In this document: piece by piece, positions 54,388 through 64,000 of the stretch | Numbering within the stretch: the first letter of the stretch is position 1 | Layout of the letters: each line of letters opens with the position of its first letter | Source: an uncultured Gemmatimonadaceae bacterium | Lineage (GTDB): Bacteria; Gemmatimonadota; Gemmatimonadetes; Gemmatimonadales; Gemmatimonadaceae | Length of the DNA stretch: 64,000 bases | Direction of reading: 5' to 3' | NCBI GenBank assembly: GCA_963781585.1 | Contig: CAWAGQ010000011.1 | Span: 160,001 to 224,000 of the forward strand | Notes under the pieces: generated by a model | The model's input: only the letters and a program-made list of their open reading frames with translations | What the model was told of the DNA's origin: nothing | Databases searched by the model: none | Made by a program: the position numbers and the translations under genes

Positions 54388-55008
54388 CTAACGACTCGCG
54401 GCTTCGATCACCTTGCGGAACAGGTCGAACGGAATGGCGCCGGGAATGACCTGACCATTCACGAAGAACGTGGGCGTGCCGCGGATGTTGAGCGTGGTGG
54501 CCAGCAGCGTGTTGTGCTCGATGTGCCGGGCGGCGGTGATTCCCCGGGCGCAGGTCGAGAATCGCGACGCGTCGAGCTTGAGATCCCGGACGTAGCGCGC
54601 TATCACGACCTGCACATCCGATGCCCCCATCCATTCCGTCCGGTGCGAATACAGCAGATCGTGCATCTTCCAGAACGCGTCCTGTTCGGCGGCGCACTCG
54701 GCGGCCACGGAAACCTCCCGTGAATGCCTGAAGTTTCCCGTCACGAACGGAACGAACTTCCACTTCACGATGCCGGTCCGGATGTAGGCGGAATCGATCT
54801 GCGGGTACGTCTCGGCGACGAACTTCGCACAGTAGCCGCAGCCGAAGTCACCGAACTCGATGACATAGACGCGCGCGTGGTCGCCGCCGCGGTCGTGCCC
54901 GACGCCGGCGAGGTCAATGCCGGCCCCCCCCTGCGCACGAGCGAATCCCGGCACCGCGAGTGCGATGAGGGTACTCGCCAGGAGAGCCGCAAACCGCGCG
55001 GCCCGCAT
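54388..55008 (-). CDS. DsbA-family thioredoxin-fold protein
   Basis: Signal peptide; EFGDFGCGYC, A.ECAAEQ..FW.MHD, GTPTFFVNG. Confidence 0.88.
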   Translation of the reverse strand: MRAARFAALLASTLIALAVPGFARAQGGAGIDLAGVGHDRGGDHARVYVIEFGDFGCGYCAKFVAETYPQIDSAYIRTGIVKWKFVPFVTGNFRHSREVSVAAECAAEQDAFWKMHDLLYSHRTEWMGASDVQVVIARYVRDLKLDASRFSTCARGITAARHIEHNTLLATTLNIRGTPTFFVNGQVIPGAIPFDLFRKVIEAASR

Positions 55009-55062
55009 AGGCCTTGAGACTGGCAGGGTGGGTGGCATGCGCATCCTATATGTATGTAATGA

Positions 55063-55140
55063 GGGCCAAAGGCCAAGGCCAAAGGCCATTGGGAGGGCCA
55101 AAGGTCCATGGTCATAGGCCAAAGGTCATGGGCCTATGGC
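55063..55140. repeat. Degenerate heptamer repeat tract (AGGCCAA/AGGTCAT)
   Basis: Reverse-complement relative of the 9925 tract; between divergent dsbA and sigma genes. Confidence 0.7.
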
Positions 55141-55191
55141 CGTACACCCCCAACTCTTTTCGCCGAGCCCGTGTCGAAGGGTGTGGAGAAG

Positions 55192-55770
55192 ATGACGCAC
55201 GCCGCGATCGTGAACGATGCCTCAGCCGGCGAAAGCGAGGATCTCCTGATCGCCCGTGCTACGCGCGGAGATCGGGAAGCCGCGCGCGCGCTCTACGACG
55301 CGCACGCGCGCCGTGTCCACCGGCTCGCCTATCGGCTGTGCGGCGACGAGGAGATGGCACAGGACTTCACGCAGGACACGTTCGTGCGGGTGTTTCAGAA
55401 GCTCGAGACGTTTCGCGGCGACGCAGCGTTCGGGACCTGGGTGCATCGCATCGCCGTCACGGTCACGCTCAACGGACTTCGCAAGGAGCGCCGGCTGGCC
55501 CGGCGGTCGGACAATCTGGATGCGGTCGCCGACATGGCCTCGGCTCCAGCGAGCGCCATCGAACCCGATCTCCGGGCGAAACTGGCGGCGGCGATCGAGG
55601 CGCTCCCCGAGAGCTGCCGCACGTCGGTGGTGCTGCACGATCTGGAAGGCTACACGCACGGGGAGATTGCGGCGATGCTCGGGATCGCCGAGGGCACGAG
55701 CAAGGCGCGGTTGTTCGACGCGCGAAACAGGTTGCGCAAGACTCTCTCGCAGTTCTCGCAGGAGCGGTAA
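55192..55770 (+). CDS. ECF RNA polymerase sigma factor
   Basis: GGAG RBS; GDREA, DFTQDTF, F.TW..RIA, LP..CR, YTHGEIA.MLG...GTSKARL. Confidence 0.93.
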   Translation: MTHAAIVNDASAGESEDLLIARATRGDREAARALYDAHARRVHRLAYRLCGDEEMAQDFTQDTFVRVFQKLETFRGDAAFGTWVHRIAVTVTLNGLRKERRLARRSDNLDAVADMASAPASAIEPDLRAKLAAAIEALPESCRTSVVLHDLEGYTHGEIAAMLGIAEGTSKARLFDARNRLRKTLSQFSQER

Positions 55771-55774
55771 CACC

Positions 55775-56395
55775 ATGACGGACGAACGACTTCAGGAACT
55801 TCTCGACGACGCGGCGCGCACCTGGCGCGTCCTGCCGGAGCCCGACGTCGCAGGAATATGGTCGCGCGTGGAGCATGCGGTGTTCGACGGAGCAGGCAAG
55901 CGTCGCCGCTGGATGAAGGCGCCCGGATGGCGCGTGCTGGGGCTGGCGATGGCGGCTTCCCTCGTGATCGGGGTGGCGCTCGGGCGGATCGTATCGCGTC
56001 CGGCCTCCACCACGCCGCTGGCGACGACGCCGGACACGGCGCGCAGGGTTGCGTCGGCGTACGACCAGGCGGCGACGGATCTCCTCGGCCGCTCGGCGGT
56101 GCTGCTGACCGCGCTCCCGGCGGAGGTGCGCCGCGGGGGGGCGAACGAGCGCTTCACGTCGCAGGCGAGCGAGCTGCTCACCACCACCCGCCTCCTCCTC
56201 GACTCGCCGGCGGCGTCCGATCGCCGGTTCAAGGAACTGCTCGAGGACCTGGAGCTGGTGCTGGCGCAGGTGGCCCGGATGAAGCCGGCGCGGGGACACG
56301 AAGAGATGGATCTGATCACCGATGCACTTGAAGAGCGCGACGTGGTACCGCGGATCCGTTCCGAGGTGGCGCGTCTGTCGTTAGGCGACGGATAA
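55775..56395 (+). CDS. Putative membrane anti-sigma factor
   Basis: Directly after the sigma gene; W.R motif, single TM (LAMAASLVIGVALG), helical C-terminus LLEDLELVLAQ. Confidence 0.65.
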   Translation: MTDERLQELLDDAARTWRVLPEPDVAGIWSRVEHAVFDGAGKRRRWMKAPGWRVLGLAMAASLVIGVALGRIVSRPASTTPLATTPDTARRVASAYDQAATDLLGRSAVLLTALPAEVRRGGANERFTSQASELLTTTRLLLDSPAASDRRFKELLEDLELVLAQVARMKPARGHEEMDLITDALEERDVVPRIRSEVARLSLGDG

Positions 56396-56409
56396 GGGAG
56401 ACGACGAGA

Positions 56410-58205
56410 ATGAGAACGACATGGATGGCGCTCGTGGCGCTGGCCGCGGCGGGCGCAGTGGGAGCCCAGCAGCGCCCGGTGACGCCGCCCCGTCCCGACA
56501 CGGGGCGCGTGGCGCCCCGGACCGGGGCGGGGACTGGTGCGCCGCGCCCATTTGACCGAGGCCAGCGCGGGATGGAACTCCTCCCTCCGATTGGCTGGGT
56601 AGGGTCTGACTTCGGCGGTCTGGGCGATCTGGCGGCTCCCGGACACGACTTTGGCCTCGCAGCGTGGGGATTACAGGGGGGTCAGGGTGTTCAGGGAGGT
56701 GGCTGGGCCCAAGGCACCTCGGATGCGCTGCAGGCTCTCCGCAACCGGTTGGAGGACATGCGACTGCAGCAGTTCGACCTGCAGCAGGGTCTGCAGCAGG
56801 ATCTGCAGCTCGACGCCCTCAATCAACGACTGCAGAATCTCGACCTGGAGCAGGGACTGCGGCTCGACGCGCTCAATCAACGAGTGCAGAGTCTCGATCT
56901 GCAGCACAACCTGGCGTGGGGACTCTCCAGCAGCGGCACGGTGCTGAGCGAACGCATGCCGGCACCGTACGCCCAGGGCGACGTCGCCGACTCCGTGTAC
57001 CGGAGCGCGCGCGAGATGGTGAATCGGGGCGACTGGCGCATGGCGGCGCAGACCCTGCGTGCCCTGCCGCAACGGTATCCCAATTCGGCCTATGTGGCCG
57101 ACGCCCTCTACTGGCAGGCATTCTCGCTCTATCGCATCGGCACCACGACCGACCTCCGGCAGGCGCTGACCGCCCTCGATGCGCTGCGTGACAAGTATCC
57201 CAACGCCCGTACCCAGGCCGATGCGTCGACGCTCTCGATGCGCATCATGGGCGCGCTGGCGGACCGGGGCGATGCGCAGGCGCGGGCCGACCTGGCGCGC
57301 GCCGCCGCCCAGAATCCGCAAGGGTGCGACAAGGATCAGCAGGCCGTGCAGATCGAGGCGATGAACGCCCTCAGCCACACCGATCCGGAGAACATGAGCG
57401 CGCCTGCTGGACAAGGTGCTCGCGCGAACGGATGCGTGCTCGGTGCCGCTTCGCCGCGGTGCGGTCTTCCTGATCGGGAACAAGCGCGACGCCGGCTCGG
57501 TCGCGCTGCTGGCGCGTGTCGCGAAGAACGATCCCAGCGCCGACGTGCGCGTGGCGGCCATCGACTGGCTGGGGCGCATCCCGTCCGAGGATGGGCTGAA
57601 CACGCTCGAAGAGCTCACGCGCTCGAGCGACAGCGAGAACGTGCAGCGGGCCGCGATACGCGCGCTCGTCGCACATCCCAGCGCGCGCGCACGCCAGCTG
57701 GTCCGTTCGATCGTCGAGCGCGAAGACGTGCCGGAGCGACTTGCGCGCGGAAGCGCTGTCCGCGTTCGACCGCGATGGAACGTCCACCGATGACGTCGCG
57801 TGGCTGCGCAGCGTCTACGCGAAACTCACCAACTCGCGGCTCAAGCAGCGGGCGCTCTCGGCCATCACGCGCGTCGGCGGAAGCGACGTGGATCAGTGGC
57901 TGGCCGGGATCGTGCGCAACGAAGACGAATCGAGCGAGCTGCGAGCGATCGCGCTGCGGCGGATCGGCAAGTCGATGTCGGTGGCCGACCTCGGGAAACT
58001 CTACGACGATGCGTCGGCGCGGATCGTCCGCGAGCAGCTCATCAGCATCTTCGGCGACCGCAAGGAACCGGAAGCGACCGACAAGCTGATCGACATCGTG
58101 AAGAAGGGGACCGATCCCAATCTGCAGAGGCGGGCCATCAGTGCCCTTTCCTCCAAGAACGATCCCAGGACTACGGCCCTGCTGCTGGAGATCATCAACA
58201 AATGA
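56410..58205 (+). pseudogene. Exported TPR + HEAT-repeat protein interrupted by two +1 frameshifts (pseudogene or sequencing error)
   Basis: Removing one extra base at ~57403 and one at ~57740 joins ORFs 56410.., 57416.. and 57741..58205 into one continuous HEAT-repeat frame. Confidence 0.8.
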
Positions 58206-59491
58206 CGACGACGATGCGCGCCGCAGGCTGGGCGGGGGCGATGGCGATCCTGGTGGTCGCCGCGCTGCCGGCCTGCGCGCAGACGGTGGAGCGCCGGGTG
58301 AACGGCGCCCCGACGGGCAACGTGACGTTCCACTTCGCGGCGCGTGCCAACGTGTGCGGCGATGGCCAGAACTATCTCAGGTCGGACTACGGTAGCTGGT
58401 ACGGGAGCAACTACGATATGTCCCGAACGCTGTCGTGCGACGCGGGTCCGGTGCGCGTGCTGCTGGTGCGTGACGGGCGCGATCTCCTGCGGATTCAGGC
58501 CTTCGCAGGTCCGCTGGCGACGGAGCCGAACGCGACGGATCTCGGTGCGGTCCCGGCCGCTGAGGCGGCGTCGTATCTGCTGGGTCTCGCGAAGACCGTG
58601 GATGGGCGTCCCGGGCGCGACGCGCTCCTGCCGGCGATGCTGGCCGACAGCACGCTGGTGACGCGCGACCTGCTGGCGCTGGCCAAGGACGGCCAGCGCA
58701 GTCGCGAAGTTCGACGGAGCGCGCTCTCATACCTGGTGCGGCGGCGTGGCGATCGCGGGGAACTCTCGGCCGACGAAGTGAGCCGAGCGTTGACCACGAT
58801 TGCGCGCGACGAGTCCGAGACGCGGACGGTGCGTGATCAGGCGATGGGCTCGCTGGCGCGCGTCGAGAGCGGGGAAGGGCTGACGGCGATGGTCGCGATG
58901 ACCGAGGATGCGTCTGATTCGTGGATGGCGCGGCGCGCGGTGGAGCTGCTGGCCAGCTCCGGCGATCCTCGCGCGCGTCCGTATCTGCGGACCGCCGCCG
59001 AGCGGACGGAGCTGACCGAGGAGGCGCGGGTGGCGGCGATCAACGGGATCGCCGGTGACTACGCCACCTCGAAGGACGGGGAGTTCCTGCGGGGGCTTTA
59101 CGGCCGGCTCAACTCCGACCGGCTGCGCGAGGCTGCGCTGAGCGGCGTCGCCAACATCGGAGGCGCCGACAGCCGCCAGTGGATCATGGGCATCGCGCGC
59201 GATTCGAGTCAGGACATCCGCCAGCGGAGGCGGGCGGTGGAGCTGTCGGACCGGATCGGCGTCACGGCGTCGGACCTGAGCCGGATGTACGACGCGGTGG
59301 GCAACGACGAGGTGCGGTCGTCGATCATCAGCGAGCTGGCGCAGCTGGGAACGCGGGCGGCGTCGGACAAGCTGATCGCGATCGCGAAGAGCGACACGTC
59401 GGTGAGCAACCGCCGCCGCGCGATTCAGGCGTTAGGCAGGTTCGACGATCCGAAGGTCCGGGAGGCGTTGCGGGAGATAGTGGGGAGGTAG
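58202..59491 (+). CDS. Exported HEAT-repeat protein
   Basis: ATGA overlap; signal peptide; repeats VRRSAL, VRDQAM, LREAAL, RRRAI..LG..DP. Confidence 0.82.
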   Translation: MTTTMRAAGWAGAMAILVVAALPACAQTVERRVNGAPTGNVTFHFAARANVCGDGQNYLRSDYGSWYGSNYDMSRTLSCDAGPVRVLLVRDGRDLLRIQAFAGPLATEPNATDLGAVPAAEAASYLLGLAKTVDGRPGRDALLPAMLADSTLVTRDLLALAKDGQRSREVRRSALSYLVRRRGDRGELSADEVSRALTTIARDESETRTVRDQAMGSLARVESGEGLTAMVAMTEDASDSWMARRAVELLASSGDPRARPYLRTAAERTELTEEARVAAINGIAGDYATSKDGEFLRGLYGRLNSDRLREAALSGVANIGGADSRQWIMGIARDSSQDIRQRRRAVELSDRIGVTASDLSRMYDAVGNDEVRSSIISELAQLGTRAASDKLIAIAKSDTSVSNRRRAIQALGRFDDPKVREALREIVGR

Positions 59492-59492
59492 T

Positions 59493-59580
59493 CCATAGGC
59501 TATAGGTCATGGGCCATCGGTCATGGGCCATCGGTCATGGGTCCCATGAGCTATGACCTATGGCCTCTGGCCTCTGGCCT
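59493..59580. repeat. Degenerate heptamer repeat tract (GGTCATG/GGCCATC then TGACCTA/TGGCCTC)
   Basis: Visible between the HEAT gene and the kinase; the two halves face opposite ways. Confidence 0.75.
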
Positions 59581-59636
59581 GCTCCAAGTCTAGCCCCCCT
59601 CCTCTCCGCCGGTAGATTCTCCGCACACCCGGAATC

Positions 59637-62600
59637 GTGCGGAGCGCATTGGCCGACATCCGAGAGCAACTCCAGTCATCGCTGGGCGAGATGTACACCA
59701 TCGAGCGCGAGCTCGGTGGCGGGGGGATGTCGCGCACCTACGTCGCTATGGAGCGGGCGCTCTCGCGCCGGGTGGTGGTGAAGATCCTGTCGCCCGAACT
59801 GGCGGCCGGGGTGTCGGTGGAGCGGTTCAAGCGCGAGATCCTGCTGGCCGCCCAGATGCAGCACCCGCACGTGGTCCCGGTTCTCTCGTCGGGCGACGCG
59901 GGCGGCCTCCCCTGGTTCACCATGCCCTACGTGGAGGGCGAGTCGTTGCGCGTGCGGCTGGCGCGGGGGCCGCTGGCGATCGGGGAAGCAGTCAGCGTCC
60001 TGCGCGACGTCGCGCGGGCGCTGGCGTTCGCGCACTCGCACGGCGTGGTGCATCGCGACATCAAGCCCGACAACGTGCTCCTCTCGCAGGGAAGCGCGAC
60101 GGTCACCGACTTCGGTATCGCCAAGGCCATCAGCGCGGCCCGCGCCGCGGCCCCGGGCGCGACCCTCACCATGGCCGGCACGTCGATCGGGACGCCGGCG
60201 TACATGGCGCCGGAGCAGGCGGCGGGCGATCCGAACATCGACCACCGCTCCGACATCTATGCGTTCGGCGCGATGGCGTACGAGGTGCTGGCCGGGCGGC
60301 CTCCGTTCGAGGGCTCGTCACCCGCCAAACTGCTCGGCGCCCATCTGGCCGAGAAGCCGAGGGACGTGCGGGAGTTGCGCGGGGACATACCCGAGCCACT
60401 GGCCGCGCTCGTCATGCAGTGCCTGGAGAAGGATCCGGCGGCGCGGCCTCAGGAGGCGAGGGACCTCGCCAGAGTGCTCGACAGCGTGACGTCCAGCGGC
60501 GCGGCAACCGCCGCTCCAGGGGTGCTCGCGGGCCGGATCAGGGTGGGTCGCGCGCTCGCAGTCTGGGCCGGCGCGACCGCGCTGGTGGCGCTCACCGCCT
60601 GGGCAGCCACGGTGGTGATCGGGCTCCCCGACTGGGTGCTTCCCGGATCGCTGGGCGTGATGCTCGCCGGATTGCCGGCTATCGGATTCACGGCGTGGGT
60701 GCAGCGCGCCACCCGCCGCGCCTACACGGCCACGCCGACGTTCACGCCCGGCGGTACGCTGTCGGCGGCGCAGGGGACGCTGGCCACGCTCGCCATCAAG
60801 GCCAGTCCCCACGTGTCGTGGCGGCGGACGTGGATGGGTGGGATGGTGGCGGTCGGGGCATTCGTGGCGCTGGTGGTCGGGTTCATGGTCCTCCGTGCGT
60901 TAGGCATCGGGCCGGCGGGATCGCTGATCGGTTCCGGGAAGCTCGGCGCCAACGACCAGATCATCATCACCGACTTCAGGAGCCCCGCCAGCGACTCCAC
61001 GCTCGGCGTGACCGTGACCGAGGCGTTGCGAGCGGACCTCGCCCAGTCGGCGACGCTGCGGGTCATGCCGCGGCTGGCGATCGTCGACATCCTGCGGCTC
61101 ATGCAGCGGCCCGCCGACTCGCGCGTCGACTTCGACCTCGCGCGGTCCATTGCCAGCCGTGAAGGGGTGAAGGCGGTGCTCGATGGCGACATCGTGTCGC
61201 TGGGCGGCCGGTACGTGCTCTCCACCCGGCTCATCTCGGCCCAGGACGGTGGACAGCTGGCCGCGTTCAAGGAGGAGGCCGAGACCCAGAACGATCTGAT
61301 CCCGGCGATCGGGCGGCTGGCGAAGCAACTGCGCTCGAAGGTGGGGGAGTCGCTCAAGCTGGTACGCGAGGCGTCGGCGTTGGATCGCGTCACGACCGGT
61401 TCGCTCGAGGCGCTCCGCAAGTATGTCGCCGCCAACGTGCGGCAGAGCGAAACGAGCGACTACTCGCAGGTGAATCCGCTGCTGGAAGAGGCCGTCGCCA
61501 CCGATTCGACATTCGCGATGGCGTGGCGCCGGCTGGCGATGAACTACAACAACAACGGGCAGCCGGAGAAGGCGCAGGCCGCGGTGGTCCAGGCGTACAA
61601 GTTCCGGGACCGGTTGAGCGAGGTGGAACGACAGCTCACCGTTGGCACCTACTATGAACTCGGCCCGGAGATCGACGACGAGAAGGCGCTCGCCGCCTAC
61701 CAGGCCGCGCTGAGTCGCGACTCGCTCAACTACATCGCGCTCAACGACGCCGCGAACATTCTTCGCGCGCAGCGTGAGAACGAGAAGGCACTCAGCTACT
61801 ACCTCCGAGCCGTCGCGCAGTCGTCAACAAGGACGCCGATCACCTGGAACAATGCCATCTCCGCGGCGACTCTCCTGGGTCGCTGGGATCTGGCCGATAG
61901 CCTCGGGTCGGAGTTCGCCAAGCGGATGCCGGGGAATCCCCAGGCGCTCGCGTTGCCAGGACTCCGTGCTGCCGTCCGGGGAGACTTTGACGAGGCCGAG
62001 CGCGTCCTCGAGTTGGTTCGGCCGCGGATCTCAGGGAGCCGGACTTCGACGGCAACCCTTCTCGGGCAACTCGCGAATGTCATCCAGACTCGAGGACGTC
62101 TGCGCGAGGCCCTCCAGCTCCGGAGCCAGCAGCATGAGCCGCAGATTGAGCAGGGAAGTCACGCGGCGCTGCTGGCCGCGGGGCTCGATTCGGTAGCGGT
62201 GGCCGCGGTCGCGCTGGACGATCCTGTGCGGGCGCGGGCTCTGCTGGCGCGGGCGCTGAAGCGGTCGCCGGTGGACTCGATTCCGCCGCTCCAGCGCGAC
62301 TACGATACCTACCTCGTGGTGGCCATGCTGAGCGGGGACACCGCACGCGCGCGGGAGTGGCATGCGGAGGCGCGGAAGGCGTGGGAGGAACTTGGCAAGG
62401 CTATCGTGCGCCCGGCATGGGAGTCGGTCGATGACGCGGCGCTCGCGGTGTCGGAAGGACGGCTGAGCGACGCGCTGGCGAAGATCGACGAAGCCGACCG
62501 ACGACTGCTCCCGCGCACCGACGTCATCGCATCGATGCGCTTCACCATTCTGGACCGCATGCAGCGCGTGGACTCGGCGATCGCCACGGGCGAGGCGTAC

Positions 62601-62831
62601 CTGTCGAACACCAACCCCAGCCGCCTGGGCTCGGATCCGTTTTTCCGGCCGGACATCGAGCAACGGCTGGGCGAGATGTACGAGGCGAAGGGGGATCTGC
62701 AGAAAGCGCTGGATCACTACCAGGCCTTCGTGGATCTCTGGAAGGACGCCGATGCGGAACTGCAGCCGCGGGTGCGTGATGTGCGGGCGCGGGTTGCGCG
62801 GCTGCAGGCGCGGCTGGGGAAGAAGGGGTGA
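59637..62831 (+). CDS. Membrane Ser/Thr (Hanks) kinase with TolB-like/TPR ectodomain, paralog of 39479..42652
   Basis: LGGGGMS, HRDIKPDN, DFG, GTPAYMAPE; three TMs; WKDADAELQP tail. Start may be TTG 59649. Confidence 0.93.
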   Translation: MRSALADIREQLQSSLGEMYTIERELGGGGMSRTYVAMERALSRRVVVKILSPELAAGVSVERFKREILLAAQMQHPHVVPVLSSGDAGGLPWFTMPYVEGESLRVRLARGPLAIGEAVSVLRDVARALAFAHSHGVVHRDIKPDNVLLSQGSATVTDFGIAKAISAARAAAPGATLTMAGTSIGTPAYMAPEQAAGDPNIDHRSDIYAFGAMAYEVLAGRPPFEGSSPAKLLGAHLAEKPRDVRELRGDIPEPLAALVMQCLEKDPAARPQEARDLARVLDSVTSSGAATAAPGVLAGRIRVGRALAVWAGATALVALTAWAATVVIGLPDWVLPGSLGVMLAGLPAIGFTAWVQRATRRAYTATPTFTPGGTLSAAQGTLATLAIKASPHVSWRRTWMGGMVAVGAFVALVVGFMVLRALGIGPAGSLIGSGKLGANDQIIITDFRSPASDSTLGVTVTEALRADLAQSATLRVMPRLAIVDILRLMQRPADSRVDFDLARSIASREGVKAVLDGDIVSLGGRYVLSTRLISAQDGGQLAAFKEEAETQNDLIPAIGRLAKQLRSKVGESLKLVREASALDRVTTGSLEALRKYVAANVRQSETSDYSQVNPLLEEAVATDSTFAMAWRRLAMNYNNNGQPEKAQAAVVQAYKFRDRLSEVERQLTVGTYYELGPEIDDEKALAAYQAALSRDSLNYIALNDAANILRAQRENEKALSYYLRAVAQSSTRTPITWNNAISAATLLGRWDLADSLGSEFAKRMPGNPQALALPGLRAAVRGDFDEAERVLELVRPRISGSRTSTATLLGQLANVIQTRGRLREALQLRSQQHEPQIEQGSHAALLAAGLDSVAVAAVALDDPVRARALLARALKRSPVDSIPPLQRDYDTYLVVAMLSGDTARAREWHAEARKAWEELGKAIVRPAWESVDDAALAVSEGRLSDALAKIDEADRRLLPRTDVIASMRFTILDRMQRVDSAIATGEAYLSNTNPSRLGSDPFFRPDIEQRLGEMYEAKGDLQKALDHYQAFVDLWKDADAELQPRVRDVRARVARLQARLGKKG

Positions 62832-62864
62832 GGGGGGCCTCTGGCCCTTTCACCCTGGATACGC

Positions 62865-63308
62865 TCAAAACAGCGCGACGAATTTCTCCATGCACCCCGT
62901 CCATCCTTCCAGATGCCGCTGGCGCGAGTCCTCGTCAGGCAGGCGTTCGTGGCGGAGGATCACCTCGGTCGACTGGCCGCGGGCCGCGAACTCCACGGTG
63001 ACGATCGAGTTGCGCGCCATGCCGTTCTCCCAGTTCCAGGTGTAGACCAGTCTCGCTGGCGGAGTGACTTCGCGATACTCGCCGGTGGCGATGTGGCGCG
63101 CGCCGTCGGGCGCGACCATCTCGATACGGTACTGGCCGCCCACGCGGAGGTCGACTTCCGCGACAGGCACGGTCATCGGGCCGGGTGCGGCCCACTTCTT
63201 CACTTCTTCCGGTCGCGTCCATGCCTGGAAGACGCGCTCGCGCGGCGCCGCGATCGTGCGGCGGATTTCGAGCGACGTGCCGGTCTGTGCCTGCGCGGTC
63301 TGTGCCAT
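62865..63308 (-). CDS. SRPBCC/AHSA1-like ligand-binding protein
   Basis: GAGGAG RBS; APRERVF.AWT.PE, DLRVGG.YR, G.Y.EV.PP.RLVYTW, GW. Confidence 0.9.
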   Translation of the reverse strand: MAQTAQAQTGTSLEIRRTIAAPRERVFQAWTRPEEVKKWAAPGPMTVPVAEVDLRVGGQYRIEMVAPDGARHIATGEYREVTPPARLVYTWNWENGMARNSIVTVEFAARGQSTEVILRHERLPDEDSRQRHLEGWTGCMEKFVALF

Positions 63309-63649
63309 GCGGAGTTCTCCTCTGCGGTCGGGCGTTCGAGGTATCGGGCGAGCAAGTCGAGCTGGTGCTCCCAGAAGCGCCGGTAGTGGTCGATCCACTT
63401 GGCGGCGTCGCGCATCGGTTCGGCGATCAGAGTGGCGCGGCGCACGCGGCCGTCGCGGCGGATGGTGGTGAGGCCGGCACGCTGGAGGACGCGGATGTGC
63501 TTCGATACGGCGGGGAGCGACATGTCGAAGCGGGACGCCAGTTCGCCGATGGTGGCTTCGCCGTCGGTGAGCCGGGTGAGGATGGTGCGGCGGGTAGGGT
63601 CGGCGAGGGCGCCGAAGGTCGAGTCGAGCGCTTCTGAAAGGTAAACCAT
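63200..63649 (-). CDS. ArsR/SmtB-family transcriptional regulator
   Basis: F.ALADPTRR.IL, ELA..F.MS.PAVSKH.RVL..AGL, GR.R, W...LD.L. Confidence 0.92.
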   Translation of the reverse strand: MVYLSEALDSTFGALADPTRRTILTRLTDGEATIGELASRFDMSLPAVSKHIRVLQRAGLTTIRRDGRVRRATLIAEPMRDAAKWIDHYRRFWEHQLDLLARYLERPTAEENSAWHRPRRHRPARRSKSAARSRRRASASSRHGRDRKK

Positions 63650-63684
63650 ACGGTTTAGTATAGGAGCCGGGAGGCCGCTGTCAA
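63642..63684 (-). promoter_or_regulatory. Promoter TTGACA-16-TATACT and operator TAAACC-N4-GGTTTA
   Basis: Minus-strand -35 at 63679-63684 and -10 at 63657-63662; palindrome 63642-63657 covers the ATG. Confidence 0.75.
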
Positions 63685-64000
63685 GTCAGGCCAGCCCGGT
63701 ACAGCGTCTCCCTGAAGCATGACTTTCTATACATGTTTATAATTCGACTCTAGCCAGGGGGTGCGTTGCGCTATCTCCAAATCTCCCGCAGGCTATCCGA
63801 GAGGCGAGGGCCTCGAACGGAGCCCCTATATCTCACCATCAGTTCCCGCCCCCCCAAGTCGATGCGCGGGCCCGGGGATCGACACCGGTGGCCGCGCGAC
63901 AAAGACCGCTGTGAACCTCTCCCCCCCTCAAACCCCTGACAGACACGGGTTTCCCCCGCACGAAAAAGTCGGCGCTCTCCCCCACCCCCTAGGTATCAAC

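Noticed and set aside
56410..58089. 559-aa ORF as a complete protein
   Set aside because: The sequence after ~57403 is out of frame; the HEAT repeats continue in other frames.
63690..64000. Possible RNA gene or mobile-element end at the right edge
   Set aside because: No tRNA fold, ORF or repeat that I can support; the context is truncated.

Overview
High-GC bacterial chromosomal window (roughly 70% GC by eye). The gene content suggests Gemmatimonadota or a similar lineage (inference only): membrane Hanks kinases with TPR ectodomains, SusC/SusD, a duplicated MacB-like orphan permease and secreted HEAT proteins. From left to right it holds: a V/A-type ATP synthase operon (G-I-K-E-C-F-A, cut by the window edge); a FecR/TonB-receptor/ECF-sigma/Omp85 signalling locus; a SAM-II-like riboswitch plus a Cys-Met-Cys leader peptide and terminator in front of an ATP-grasp + LLM monooxygenase pair; a complete IS110 element inserted in a REP-like palindrome, with bridge-RNA target and donor guides readable in the sequence; a peptide-utilisation locus (M14, GntR, SusCD, S9); a Phi-1/EXORDIUM-like lipoprotein; DsbA; a GbsR/MarR-TolC-EmrAB pump; YbaK; an orphan permease; two paralogous kinases; an aminotransferase; MarR-YceI; a double-domain M42; HTH-Rieske/FAD-folE; a phosphoesterase; msrA; PepSY; DUF1259; an ECF/anti-sigma/HEAT operon (one gene carries two +1 frameshifts); and ArsR-SRPBCC. 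The octamer CGTTAGGC is strongly over-represented across the window. No rRNA, tRNA or CRISPR array was seen. All calls come from manual motif recognition, not database searches.
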